Origin: an uncultured delta proteobacterium
Lineage (GTDB): Bacteria > Desulfobacterota > Binatia > UBA9968
Reading direction: 5' to 3'
Length of the DNA: 64,000 nucleotides
Assembly: GCA_963760795.1 (NCBI GenBank)
Contig: CAVXEP010000012.1
Span: 64,001 to 128,000 of the forward strand
The notes under the pieces were generated by a model. That model was not told the origin of the DNA, did not search any database, and saw only the letters and a list, made by a program, of their open reading frames with translations. This document shows positions 53,674-63,757 of the stretch, piece by piece. A program made the translations under genes and the position numbers. Position 1 is the first letter of the stretch. Each line of letters begins with the position of its first letter.

Positions 53674-53858
53674 AGCGGCCAGTCTTTCCGCCGGCGCCGG
53701 CTGGCGCGAACGATGTAGGCCGGCGCAAGCTCGAAACAGCGCGCCATCTCCAGCACCGGCAATGGCGGGATATCTTTGTCCGCCAGGTCGCCAAAGACAT
53801 CGGCGAGAAAAATAATGTTGTCGAAGATCTTCTCGGTTGCCGACTTCTTCGTGTTCAT
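53664..53858 (-). CDS. Small hypothetical protein, 64 aa
   Basis: GGAGG RBS right after the leader terminator; overlaps the STAS start by 10 nt. Confidence 0.65.
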   Translation of the reverse strand: MNTKKSATEKIFDNIIFLADVFGDLADKDIPPLPVLEMARCFELAPAYIVRASRRRRKDWPLWN

Positions 53859-53871
53859 TTTCTTGCCCTCC

Positions 53872-53936
53872 AAAAAAAAGGCGCTCCACCGGATCACCGG
53901 TGAGCGCCATTGCTCAACCCAGGGCAACATCGCCCT
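53872..53936 (-). promoter_or_regulatory. ANTAR-target dual-hairpin leader with intrinsic terminator
   Basis: P1 AGGGC-GAUGUU-GCCCU, P2 UGAGC-AAUGGC-GCUCA, terminator GGCGCUCACCGG-UGAU-CCGGUGGAGCGCC-U8 overlapping P2. Confidence 0.88.
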
Positions 53937-53951
53937 CGCTTACTTAACAAC

Positions 53952-53966
53952 GCAACGGCTGTGCCA
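53952..53966 (-). promoter_or_regulatory. sigma54 promoter (cassette)
   Basis: TGGCACAGCCGTTGC, exact consensus. Confidence 0.85.
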
Positions 53967-54027
53967 CTTGCCAGCAAGCGGAAAGGATAGCGATATCATG
54001 ACGTTTTAATATTCTGTTAATATTGAC

Positions 54028-54066
54028 CGCCTGTTCAATAGACACGAGCTGCCTAAACTACCAGCA
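54028..54066. promoter_or_regulatory. Paired NtrC-like enhancer boxes
   Basis: CGCCTGTTCAATAGACA and TGCCTAAACTACCAGCA, 22 bp apart. Confidence 0.5.
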
Positions 54067-54190
54067 ACCGGTAGCCATGAAGCTGCAAAAGATATTTCAC
54101 CACGGAGGAACAACCACCGGAGATCGGTCAAGATTAGACAGCGGGCTAAAACATTACGTTTTCGCGATGAATTCCGATAGGTTCTAGATC

Positions 54191-54778
54191 TTAAGGATTG
54201 CTCTCGGTGAGCAGTCCGCCGGCAAGTAAGATCGCCTGGGCGATGTCCGACATCGGCTTGCGCATGTTCATGCTGGCCTTTTTCATCAGTGAATAGGCAC
54301 GTTCTTCAGACAGATGGCGCTGCTCCATCAACAAGCCTTTGGCACGCTCAATTAACTTCCGTTCTTCGAGATTTAACTTGAGCGTGGAAACTTCTTCACG
54401 CAGGGAGGTAAATTCATGAAAGCGGCTGACGGCGAGCTCGATCGCCGGCGCGAGCTCCTCGACGCGCAGGGGTTTGACCAGATAACTCATCACGCCGGCA
54501 TTAGTCGCGCGCGCCACGGTCGAAGGATCGGCATGACTTGTAATCAGCACGATCGGCAGCGGACTGGTCTTCATGATCTCGTGCGCTGCTTCAATACCAT
54601 CGAGATCCGCCAACCCGACGGCCATAACGAGAACTTCAGCGCCGGAAGCCTGCGATAGCGCCAACGCGACCTTCCCACTCGCCCCCTCGGCAGCGATTAG
54701 ATAACCGCTGCAACGCAAACTTTCGACCAGTTGGCGGCGCGATGGGTCGTGATCGTCGATAACCAGGACCTTCTTCAT
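54191..54778 (-). CDS. ANTAR-domain regulator with pseudo-receiver (Asp53->Ala)
   Basis: Receiver fold N-terminus with VLVMAVG; [28 protein letters not shown]. Confidence 0.93.
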   Translation of the reverse strand: MKKVLVIDDHDPSRRQLVESLRCSGYLIAAEGASGKVALALSQASGAEVLVMAVGLADLDGIEAAHEIMKTSPLPIVLITSHADPSTVARATNAGVMSYLVKPLRVEELAPAIELAVSRFHEFTSLREEVSTLKLNLEERKLIERAKGLLMEQRHLSEERAYSLMKKASMNMRKPMSDIAQAILLAGGLLTESNP

Positions 54779-55521
54779 AGTGAAATCATCCCGCCGTCCG
54801 CTTTGCGGCTTTTCGAGCGAGCGATGCGCCGGAGAAACTCGGAGAGGAATCGCTCGCCGTAGTACTTGAGCGCCGGCGCATGGTTTTGCGTATCGGCCAT
54901 GATCTTGTCCGGCTGGACGTAGGGGGACAGCGCCAGGTCTTTGGAGCGCTCATCGAGCCAGCGTTCGATCATGCGCGGAGTCACCTCGAGATGAAATTGC
55001 AAGCCGTAAATAGTCTTGCCAAGGCGAAATGCCTGGGTGCGATAGTGCTGCGACGACGCCAGCAAAATCGCCCCAGCTGGCAGCTCGAAGCCGTCGCCAT
55101 GCCACTGGAACACCGTCGCATTCTCCGGCAGATAGCCGAGTAAGGAATCGACTTGGCCATGGGGTGTGATCGAAATCGGACTCCAGCCGATCTCTTTAAC
55201 CGCACCGTGAAACACCGCAGCGCCGAGCGTCGTGGCAATCAACTGCGCGCCCAAACAAATTCCAAGAACCGGCACCGCTTCATCGATGGCGGCGCGAATG
55301 ATGCGCTTTTCCCAGCGTAGAATCGGAAAGCCGGTTTCGTCGTCGACGTTCATCGGCCCGCCGAGAATGATCAGCGCTTTGACCTGTTCCCAGTTCTCCT
55401 CAGGCATTTCACCGTGGAATAAGCGGACCACACGATAGGCGGCGTGCTGTTTTTCAAGAACTTCGGCGAAGAATCCCAAATCTTCGAATGGGTCATGCTG
55501 AAAGACAACGACCTCACTCAT
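54775..55521 (-). CDS. Class I glutamine amidotransferase (GuaA-N-like), 248 aa
   Basis: LGGPMNV, GICLGAQ, FQWHGD, LQFHLE; own ATG at 55521. Confidence 0.9.
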   Translation of the reverse strand: MSEVVVFQHDPFEDLGFFAEVLEKQHAAYRVVRLFHGEMPEENWEQVKALIILGGPMNVDDETGFPILRWEKRIIRAAIDEAVPVLGICLGAQLIATTLGAAVFHGAVKEIGWSPISITPHGQVDSLLGYLPENATVFQWHGDGFELPAGAILLASSQHYRTQAFRLGKTIYGLQFHLEVTPRMIERWLDERSKDLALSPYVQPDKIMADTQNHAPALKYYGERFLSEFLRRIARSKSRKADGGMISL

Positions 55522-55550
55522 GGGTCCCCCAAAAGTTAGTCCATCAAAAG

Positions 55551-55590
55551 CACAGTGGACTGAGCGGATTTCGTCCCTCAGTCCACTGTG
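55551..55590 (-). terminator. Stem-loop after glnA
   Basis: CACAGTGGACTGAG/CTCAGTCCACTGTG 14-bp stem followed by CUUUU. Confidence 0.75.
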
Positions 55591-55601
55591 CCCAACTATT
55601 T

Positions 55602-57018
55602 TTAGATATCGAAATAGAGAGCGAACTCCCAAGGATGGGGTCTTAAGCCGGATGGCGTCGACCTCATGCTTTCTCTTGTACTCCAACCAGGTCTCGATAA
55701 CATCCTTGGTGAAGACATCGCCCTTGAGGAGGAAATCATGATCCTTCTCCAAGGCATCGAGCGCCTGGTCAAGCGACCCTGGCATCGACTTCACCTTGGC
55801 GGCCTCTTCGGGTTCTAATTCGTACAAGTTCTTGTCGATCGGTTTGGGCGGCTCGGTCTTGTTTCTAATCCCGTCCAACCCCGCCATCAGCATCGCCGGA
55901 AAGGCGAGATACGGATTGGCGCTCGGGTCAGGGGTGCGAAACTCCAGCCGCTTGGCCTTCTCACTGGTCGAGTACATGGGAATCCGCACACAGGCGCTGC
56001 GGTTTCGCGCCGAGTAGACTAAATTGATCGGCGCTTCGTAGCCGGGAACCAGTCTGCGGTAGGAGTTGGTCGTCGGCGCGATGAAGGCGCACAGCGCGTG
56101 GGCGTGCTTGAGCAGGCCGCCGATGTAATGTCGGGCGGTCTCGCTGATCAGCCCGTAGCCCTTCTTGTCGTAGAAAATATTCTTCCCAGACTTCCACAAG
56201 CTCTGGTGGCAGTGCATGCCGGAACCGTTGTCCTGAAACAGCGGCTTGGGCATACAGGTGACCACTTTGCCGCGCTGGCGGGCGGTATTCTTAACCACAT
56301 ACTTGTACAGCAGCACCTTGTCGGCCATCTTGGTCATGGTGTCAAAGCGCATATCGATCTCGGTCTGGCCGCCGGTGGCGACTTCGTGGTGATGGACTTC
56401 GATCTTGATGCCGCATTTCTCTAAGTTGAGCACCATCTGGGAGCGCAGGTCTTGATACTGATCCATCGGCGGCACCGGGAAGTAACCTTCTTTGTAACGA
56501 ATCTTGTTGCCCAGATTGGGGCCGTCGCCGTTGCCCGAGTTCCAGAACCCTTCGCTGGAGTCGATGTGATAGTAGCCTTCGTGGTGGTTCTGGTCGAAGC
56601 GGATGCTGTCGAAGATAAAAAACTCGATCTCGGGACCCCAGTAGCTGATGTCGGCCAAGCCGGTGGACTTTAAATACTTCTCGGCTTTCTGAGTGATATA
56701 GCGGGGATCGCGGGAATAGGGCTGGCGGGTGATCGCATCCAACACGTTACAGACAAAGCTCACGGTGGGGTGTTCGGAGAACGGATCCATCATGGCGGTG
56801 TCGGGATCGGGCAACAGGATCATGTCCGATTCGTTGATGCTCTGAAAACCGCGGATGCTTGAGCCGTCAAAGCCCAACCCTTGTTCGAACTTGTCGGCGT
56901 CGAAATCTGTTGCGGGGATCGAAAAATGCTGCCACAGCCCGGGCACGTCGATAAACTTGAAATCGACGATCTCTACTTTGTTCTTCTTCGCCATCTCTAG
57001 GACGTCTTTTACGGACAT
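55602..57018 (-). CDS. glnA: Glutamine synthetase type I (+1 insertion at about 55643 near the C-terminus)
   Basis: [25 protein letters not shown] adenylylation site; removing one base restores [15 protein letters not shown]. Confidence 0.96.
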
Positions 57019-57071
57019 CTATGTGCTGCTCCTTTTTTTGGCTAACAATAATCGAGATTCTTGGTTTCACC

Positions 57072-57128
57072 GAGATCTGACCGGGAAGGCACTCCTATGC
57101 TTGCCAGCCCCCTCCCGGTCAGGTCTCT
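57072..57128. repeat. Long stem-loop between amtB and glnA
   Basis: GAGATCTGACCGGGAAGG ... CCCTCCCGGTCAGGTCTC. Confidence 0.75.
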
Positions 57129-57149
57129 CTAAGCGCACGAAATTCAGCT

Positions 57150-58760
57150 CTAAGACTTGCCGCGTTCAGTGGCAAAGACCGGTGCGGACTGAGTAGCATG
57201 CTCGACCACTGAGCCACTGCCACCCGCCACTGAGGAGCGATACATGCTCGAAGTCGTCGCGACGAAATCCGGGTAAGCGACACTGCCGTGCTCGCCAATG
57301 TCCAAGCCTTCGATCTCTTCTTCGGCCGACACGCGGATACCCATAAATCCGTCGATGACCTTCCAGAAGATCCATGACAAAATGAACACGACGATACCAA
57401 CGCTCACTATGCCGATAGCTTGCTTGGTCAAAAGCCCTGTTCCGCCACCGAAAAAGAGCCCATTGCCCGTCGTGTTGGGTGAGAAATGATCTTGAGCAAA
57501 CAACCCGACGCAAAGTGTGCCGAACACACCGCATACCAAATGTACCGACGTCGCACCCACTGGATCGTCGATCTTGATCTTGTCGAAGAACAAAACCGCT
57601 AGGACTACCAACACTCCTGCGACCACCCCGATAATTAGTGAGCTTGGAATGCTGACGAACGCGCAAGCCGCAGTGATCGCTACCAATCCCGCTAAAGCGC
57701 CATTCAACATCATCGAGAGATCCGGTTTACCGAGCAACAGCCATGCCGTAATGGACGAGGAGATCGCCGCTGCCGCTGCCGCCGTGTTCGTCGACACCGC
57801 GATTCGGCCGATGGCTCCAGCATCCGCCGCCATCGTACTGCCGGGATTGAATCCAAACCAGCCAAACCACAGCACAAAGACGCCCAGCGTCGCCGAGGTC
57901 ATACTGTGGCCGGGAATCGGCAGAGCTTTTCCGTCTTTGCTGTATTTCCCGATACGCGGGCCGAGAACGATGATACCGGCCAAGGCGGCCCAACCACCGA
58001 CAGAATGAACAACCGTGGAGCCGGCGAAATCCCACACACCCAACTTCGCCAACCAGCCACCGCCCCAGATCCAGTGACCCGTAATCGGATAAATGATCGC
58101 AACCATCAGAAACGTAAAAATATAGAAGGCACCGAATTTAATCCGCTCGGCGACCGCGCCGGAAACGATCGTCGCCGCCGTTCCAGCGAACACTAATTGA
58201 AAAAACACTTTGGTCCACAACGGAACACCGGTCCAATTAATAGCAGAATAGACTCCCTTGTAAGCATCCCCCGTCGCCGGACTGTTATCGGCGCCGCTGG
58301 CAAACCACAATCCCTGCGTGCCAATAAACGGGTTGCCGTCACCGAACATCAAACCCCAGCCTAGGGCCAAGAATGCAATCGACGACGCCGCGAACACAAT
58401 GAAGTTTTTGGCGAGAATCGTCGACGTGTTCTTAGCGCGGCATAGACCTGACTCGACCGTGGCAAAGCCAAGGTTCATGAAGAACACCAGCATGCCCGCA
58501 ATCAGGGTCCACATAGTGTCCATGGCGACTTTGGCGCCGCCGATCTGCTCCAGCATGCCCTGCGTGAATTGTGCCGGCGCCGCAGCCGGGTCTTCTTTCT
58601 TCGGGGCCGCGTCAGCAGCAGCCGGCGTCGCGGCCGGTGCTTCGATTTTGGCTGGCTCAGGCGCAGGAGCATCCTGCGCGAACGACAGGCCGGTCACCAA
58701 TAACGTCCCTAGCGCTAGCGCGCCAGTCAATTTTCGTATGTTTATTTCGCCGATTTTCAT
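57150..58760 (-). CDS. amtB: Ammonium transporter
   Basis: FQLVFA, SGAVAER, DFAGSTVVH, WFGWFGFNPGS, IDDPVG..VH, GLDIGEHG. Confidence 0.97.
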   Translation of the reverse strand: MKIGEINIRKLTGALALGTLLVTGLSFAQDAPAPEPAKIEAPAATPAAADAAPKKEDPAAAPAQFTQGMLEQIGGAKVAMDTMWTLIAGMLVFFMNLGFATVESGLCRAKNTSTILAKNFIVFAASSIAFLALGWGLMFGDGNPFIGTQGLWFASGADNSPATGDAYKGVYSAINWTGVPLWTKVFFQLVFAGTAATIVSGAVAERIKFGAFYIFTFLMVAIIYPITGHWIWGGGWLAKLGVWDFAGSTVVHSVGGWAALAGIIVLGPRIGKYSKDGKALPIPGHSMTSATLGVFVLWFGWFGFNPGSTMAADAGAIGRIAVSTNTAAAAAAISSSITAWLLLGKPDLSMMLNGALAGLVAITAACAFVSIPSSLIIGVVAGVLVVLAVLFFDKIKIDDPVGATSVHLVCGVFGTLCVGLFAQDHFSPNTTGNGLFFGGGTGLLTKQAIGIVSVGIVVFILSWIFWKVIDGFMGIRVSAEEEIEGLDIGEHGSVAYPDFVATTSSMYRSSVAGGSGSVVEHATQSAPVFATERGKS

Positions 58761-58804
58761 TTTCTCCTCCTGCTTAAATTCCTTGCTTAAGAATTCACCC
58801 CTAG

Positions 58805-59363
<559 letters not shown>

Positions 59364-59848
59364 GGTTGAAACTGCGTAAGACGTCCGTTCAAGCAGCGCA
59401 GCAATTTTTCAGCGCGGACATCGCCGCGCCCACTCACAGTAAAGTTTACCAGAAGCGCTTTGCCTCTTCGCAAGTGAAATGGCGCACGCGGACCGCGGCG
59501 ATGCTCGATCACATCACCGCACCACGAACGACGAATCGCCAGTCACTGGCGGGTCAGTCCAAATCGTTCGCTATAACTGCTCGAAAGTTACAGAGGAAGT
59601 TGGCGAGGCGGAGAACGGATCGTGCAGCGCAGCCAGTCGACTCTCGCGTGCCGGTCGATAATCCCCCGTCTATCCAAGACCTGGGGAACCGAAGCGAGGA
59701 CAACAATGCCGAGAAGAAAGCTATGCAGCGTTAGCGCGAAGAGTTGAACGATCGCCCGGTACTGCGAAGAAAACAACATCGAGTGAGTCTTAAGCCTTGC
59801 CATTCCTGTGGCAACGCAACCGTAAGCCGAGACTTGTCTGGAGAATAA

Positions 59849-60275
59849 ATGGCGAAGGCGAAGAACCGACGAGCAACGCGAAGAAAAAGCCGATTGATCA
59901 GTACGCCCACAAGGGCCGGCAGCGAGTTGATAATCCACCGGTGGGTTTGGTTACGTCGGCGACGGATAATGAGAGCGGCAAGTAGATTTGCACCTACAAT
60001 CCGCATCTCGATCCGCAGTTAGTCTAGGCCGGTACGGCTGACCGGCCGTCATTAGTCCGCGTACCGAGAAAAAGGCTGCATCTGAGAAGCTATTGCCTGC
60101 GCACCCAAATGATAAACAGCACTGCGGCAGCCAAGGCCGAGATCGACGAAGAGCTGATCGAAGCCTATCGCGGCACAGTGTCGCTGCCCTTTCGAGCCGG
60201 GCAAGCACCAGCGTGTCGCGGTGAAGATCGTCGATGACCGCGGCATCGAGAGTCTGAAGAATCATCGAGCGTTGA
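59849..60275 (+). pseudogene. Type III R-M methyltransferase (mod) remnant: N- and C-terminal ends only
   Basis: YAHKGRQRVDNPPVGLV..YNPHLDPQLV*AG with stops, joined to KAEIDEELIEAYRGTVSLPFEPGKHQRVAVKIVDDRGIESLK; catalytic core missing. Confidence 0.75.
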
Positions 60276-62432
60276 ATGACGGGGCAAGACCACCATCGAC
60301 CACCTGATCATCAACTCGCCGTACGAAGAGCCGTCAGCAGCTACTGGAGCTACGATCGCGAGAGCGCGGACCTTTCGACTTGAACGAAGGCACGGCGGCC
60401 GGCAGGGTATGTCATCGCGTCGCAAAGCTCCAAGGCTTTCGACGACCCGGGCATCTTCGTTGAGATCCCGCTGGTCAACCAGATTCGCCCGCGGGTGAAG
60501 GCCTGGCGCGAGGCGGGCTATCCGGGGGTGACCGGCATCACCAAGCGCCTGCTCGAGCACTGGAACAATCCCGAAGAGTCGCGAACATCGCCGATTCTTC
60601 TTCTGCCAGCTGGAAGCCATCGAGACGCTGATCTGGCTGACTGAGGCGCCGGCGGCCGAGAAAGTCGGCATCGACATTCCGTCCGACGGCGGCGCGTTCA
60701 CGCGGCTCTGCGCCAAGATGGCGACCGGTTCCGGCAAGACCATCGTCATGGCGATGCTGATCGCCTGGCAGGTGCTCAACAAGGTCACCTATCCGCAGGA
60801 CGCGCGATTCTCGAAGCATGTTTTCGTCGTCGCGCCGGGCTGACGGTGAAGAGCCGGCTTGCAGGTGCTGAGCCGGCAGGCACAGGCAACTACTACGACG
60901 AATTCAACATCGTTCCGGCGGCGCTGCTGGACAAGCTCCGGCAGGGCAAGGTGCTGGTCCGCAACTGGCACACGCTCAACTGGGAGACGGACGATCAGAT
61001 CGCCAAGAAGAAGAGCGTCGACAAGCGCGGCGCGAAGAGCGACGAAGCCTATGTGCGTGAGGTGCTGGGCGAGCTGGCGAGCGCGCGCAACATCGTCGTC
61101 ATCAACGACGAAGCGCACCACGCCTGGCGGATACCGGCGGAGTCGAAGGTCAAAGGCGTCAAGAAGGAAGACATCGAGGAAGCGACCAAATGGGTCGGCG
61201 GCCTGGACCGCATCCACCAGGCGCGCGGCATCCTCACCTGCTACGACTTCTCGGCGACGCCCTTCGCGCCGTCGGGCAAGAAAAGCTCCGAGGAAGCGCT
61301 GTTCGACTGGATCGTCAGCGACTTCGGTCTGAACGACGCGATCGAATCCGGGTCTGGTCAAGACGCCGCGCGTCGTGGTGCGCGACGACGGCGTGCCGGA
61401 CGCGAAGACCTACAAGTCGAAGCTCTACCACATCTACGACGACGACGTCAAAGACGACCTCAATCGCAAGGCGGAAGCAGCACGAGCCGCTGCCGGACCT
61501 CGTGACCAACGGCTACTACCTGCTCGGCAAGGACTGGCTGGAAACGGCGAAAGCATGGAAGGCAGCAGGGCTTCGAACGCCGCCGGTGATGATCACGGTT
61601 GCCAACCGCACCGAGACGGCGGCGCGGGTCAAGTACGCCTTCGACCACAAGAAGATTCGCATCGACGAACTGTGCGACCCGGAGCGAACGCTGCACATCG
61701 ACTCCAAACCGCTATTGGGGAGAGGAAATGGCCAAGGCAAAGAAGCCGACGAGCAAAGCGAAGAAAAAGCTCATCGAGCAGTACGCGCACAAGGGCAAGC
61801 GGCGGGCGAATCATCCGAACGTGCACCTACACGACCTTGAATTCCGGGTGATCTTCCCGCATCAATAATAATGACACGCACATAACGTTAACACCAAAGC
61901 GAAATCTTCCGGAACATCCGGCAAGAACTCAAACTGGATTTCGACGAAGGTCAAACCGCTGGAGTTGGATGCGCTCAAGACGCCGACGCTTGGCCGAAGT
62001 CGCGCCGATCGTCGAGGCAAGCCGGACGTCACGAAACTTTCCGAGATCGATCTCGAAGAGCTTGGCAAGAAATTTCGCTGGCAAAAGATCGCCTTCGAGA
62101 CAGCGCAGCGGCATCTTCGATCAGATGAAGCCGAGCTGGAAGGGCAACAAAGAATATCTGCTGGCGCAGCTCATTCGGCGTGATGGAAGAGTTTGTCGCG
62201 ATCCGGCAAGATTCAAATCGACTCGCCGCTCTTCAATCAGGACGACGTTCGGCGCCGGCTAGTGGTAACGCTCAATATGAGCAAAGTTGTTCAGCATATG
62301 TGGGAGAGCATCATCACGGAGAACACGAGTCTCTGGTTCCAGTCTTCGACACGGAAAGACCGATCGTTTCGACCGGCGACATGCGGACCTGGTACACAGG
62401 CAAGCCGTGCGAGTTCACCAAGCGATCGCATA
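60276..62432 (+). pseudogene. Type III restriction endonuclease/helicase (res) remnant, frameshifted and internally deleted
   Basis: IINSPYEEP, FFFCQLEAIET, KMATGSGKT, INDEAHH, FSATP, SDFGLNDAIESG, HIDSK; later fragment STGDMRTWYT. Confidence 0.85.
61728..61818 (+). repeat. Second diverged copy of the mod 5' end (direct repeat of about 59849-59940)
   Basis: atggccaaggcaaagaagccgacgagcaaagcgaagaaaaagc..cagtacgcgcacaagggc vs atggcgaaggcgaagaaccgacgagcaacgcgaagaaaaagc..cagtacgcccacaagggc. Confidence 0.85.
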
Positions 62433-62739
62433 TAACTAGAGAGCCGCTCCTTATTTACGAAAAAATCGCAGACCCGCCCTACAACACCGGTAACGAGAAT
62501 TGGATTGGCGGAGGACTATGGCCGCTCGAGATCGGAAATCGAAGAGGCGATCCGCTGCGAGCTCTGGCTCGATGCCGCTTAACCCTCCAGTAGTTTTTTT
62601 CATCGACCGTTCCCTCGGCAAGAAAATCATCGCGGAGCGACTTCGCCAAGCCGGCGTCGTCGTTGATTGAAACGGACTCTTAAATTATAGCTGATCATGC
62701 TTACCTTAATTATGAGGTTCGGCTAAGCCGTGCTAATGT

Positions 62740-63639
62740 TTGACCGTGATAACAACGAAAGAAGATCGCAGTCGCTGGGGTTGGCGCCAGCGCCTAAAGA
62801 ATGACGCGCTATACGGCTTGATGCGGCTGGGATTTGCCGCCGCCCGAGTATTGCCGCTGCGCGGTTTTCTGCGCCTGGTCGGTTATCTGGCACCGCATAT
62901 TTTTGTCAGCGCGGCGCGGCGCGCGCGCACACAGATAACCGCGGTTTTACCCGAGCTCGACGCGGTGATAATCACCCGGCGCATGTTCCTTCATTTCGCC
63001 GAATCGCTCTGGGAGTTATCCCGCCTACACCGCTCAATGCCCAAACTAGATGACGAGGCGCGGCGAGTGCTCGATGATACGCTGGCGGAAGGAAAAGGCG
63101 CGGTGATGATTTCCGGACATATCGGCAATTGGGAACTCTTTGGCCAAGCCATCGCCGCGGCCGGCTATCCGATCGCAACCATCGCCAAGCCGTCTTACGA
63201 TCCCCGCGTAACCCGCTGGCTGCAAAAGTGGCGAACCGAGCATGGGTTGCGCATCGTCTGGCGCGACGAGACAAACGCGGGTAAAAGCATCTTGAGCGTT
63301 TTACGGCGCAACGGCTTGATGGCCTTCTTGATCGACCAGAACACCAGAACCGCAGGAGATTATTTGCCGTTCTTCGGACGTCCGGCTTTCACGCCGACGA
63401 CCCCGGCAGCGATCGCGCTGCGCACGGGAGCCCCAGTGATTTTCTGCTGGCATCATCGCCGCCAGAAACTGCACAAACTGAGTTTCAACCGCGTCTACTA
63501 TACGCCGACCGGCGATTCTAAAATCGATATCCCGGCATTGACGGCGCTGTTCAACGATCGCCTGGAATCCGCCATTCGCACGGTGCCTGAGCAGTGGGTC
63601 TGGCTTCATTCGAGGTGGGGAAAGGTTCCTCTCAGATAA
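62740..63639 (+). CDS. Lipid A late acyltransferase (LpxL/HtrB family)
   Basis: GHIGNWE, LIDQ, FFGRPA, PEQWVWLHSRW. Confidence 0.92.
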   Translation: MTVITTKEDRSRWGWRQRLKNDALYGLMRLGFAAARVLPLRGFLRLVGYLAPHIFVSAARRARTQITAVLPELDAVIITRRMFLHFAESLWELSRLHRSMPKLDDEARRVLDDTLAEGKGAVMISGHIGNWELFGQAIAAAGYPIATIAKPSYDPRVTRWLQKWRTEHGLRIVWRDETNAGKSILSVLRRNGLMAFLIDQNTRTAGDYLPFFGRPAFTPTTPAAIALRTGAPVIFCWHHRRQKLHKLSFNRVYYTPTGDSKIDIPALTALFNDRLESAIRTVPEQWVWLHSRWGKVPLR

Positions 63640-63757
63640 CCGCCATGAGGGCGTGATGATTCGCGCCCTACAAGCGCCGGCCGCCGGCGATCACGTCGGC
63701 GGCCTGTCGATTCTCATTGCCATTGATTGTATATTGCCGCCTTGCGGAGGTACGGCG

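Noticed and set aside
53674-53930. Long N-terminal extensions of ORFs 53320..53910 and 53664..53930
   Set aside because: They run through the ANTAR leader and terminator; the downstream ATGs at 53673 and 53858 fit better.
54775-57018. 747-aa GlnA-GATase fusion in the ORF track
   Set aside because: One extra base at about 55643 shifts the frame out of the conserved [13 protein letters not shown] end, and the apparent linker crosses a terminator-like hairpin. These are two genes unless reads confirm the insertion.
57019-57149. Glutamine (glnA) riboswitch
   Set aside because: Conserved aptamer motifs not seen; only a simple long hairpin is present.
59366-59848. ORFs between glnK and the R-M relic
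   Set aside because: No recognisable motifs or RBS; likely non-coding or decayed sequence.
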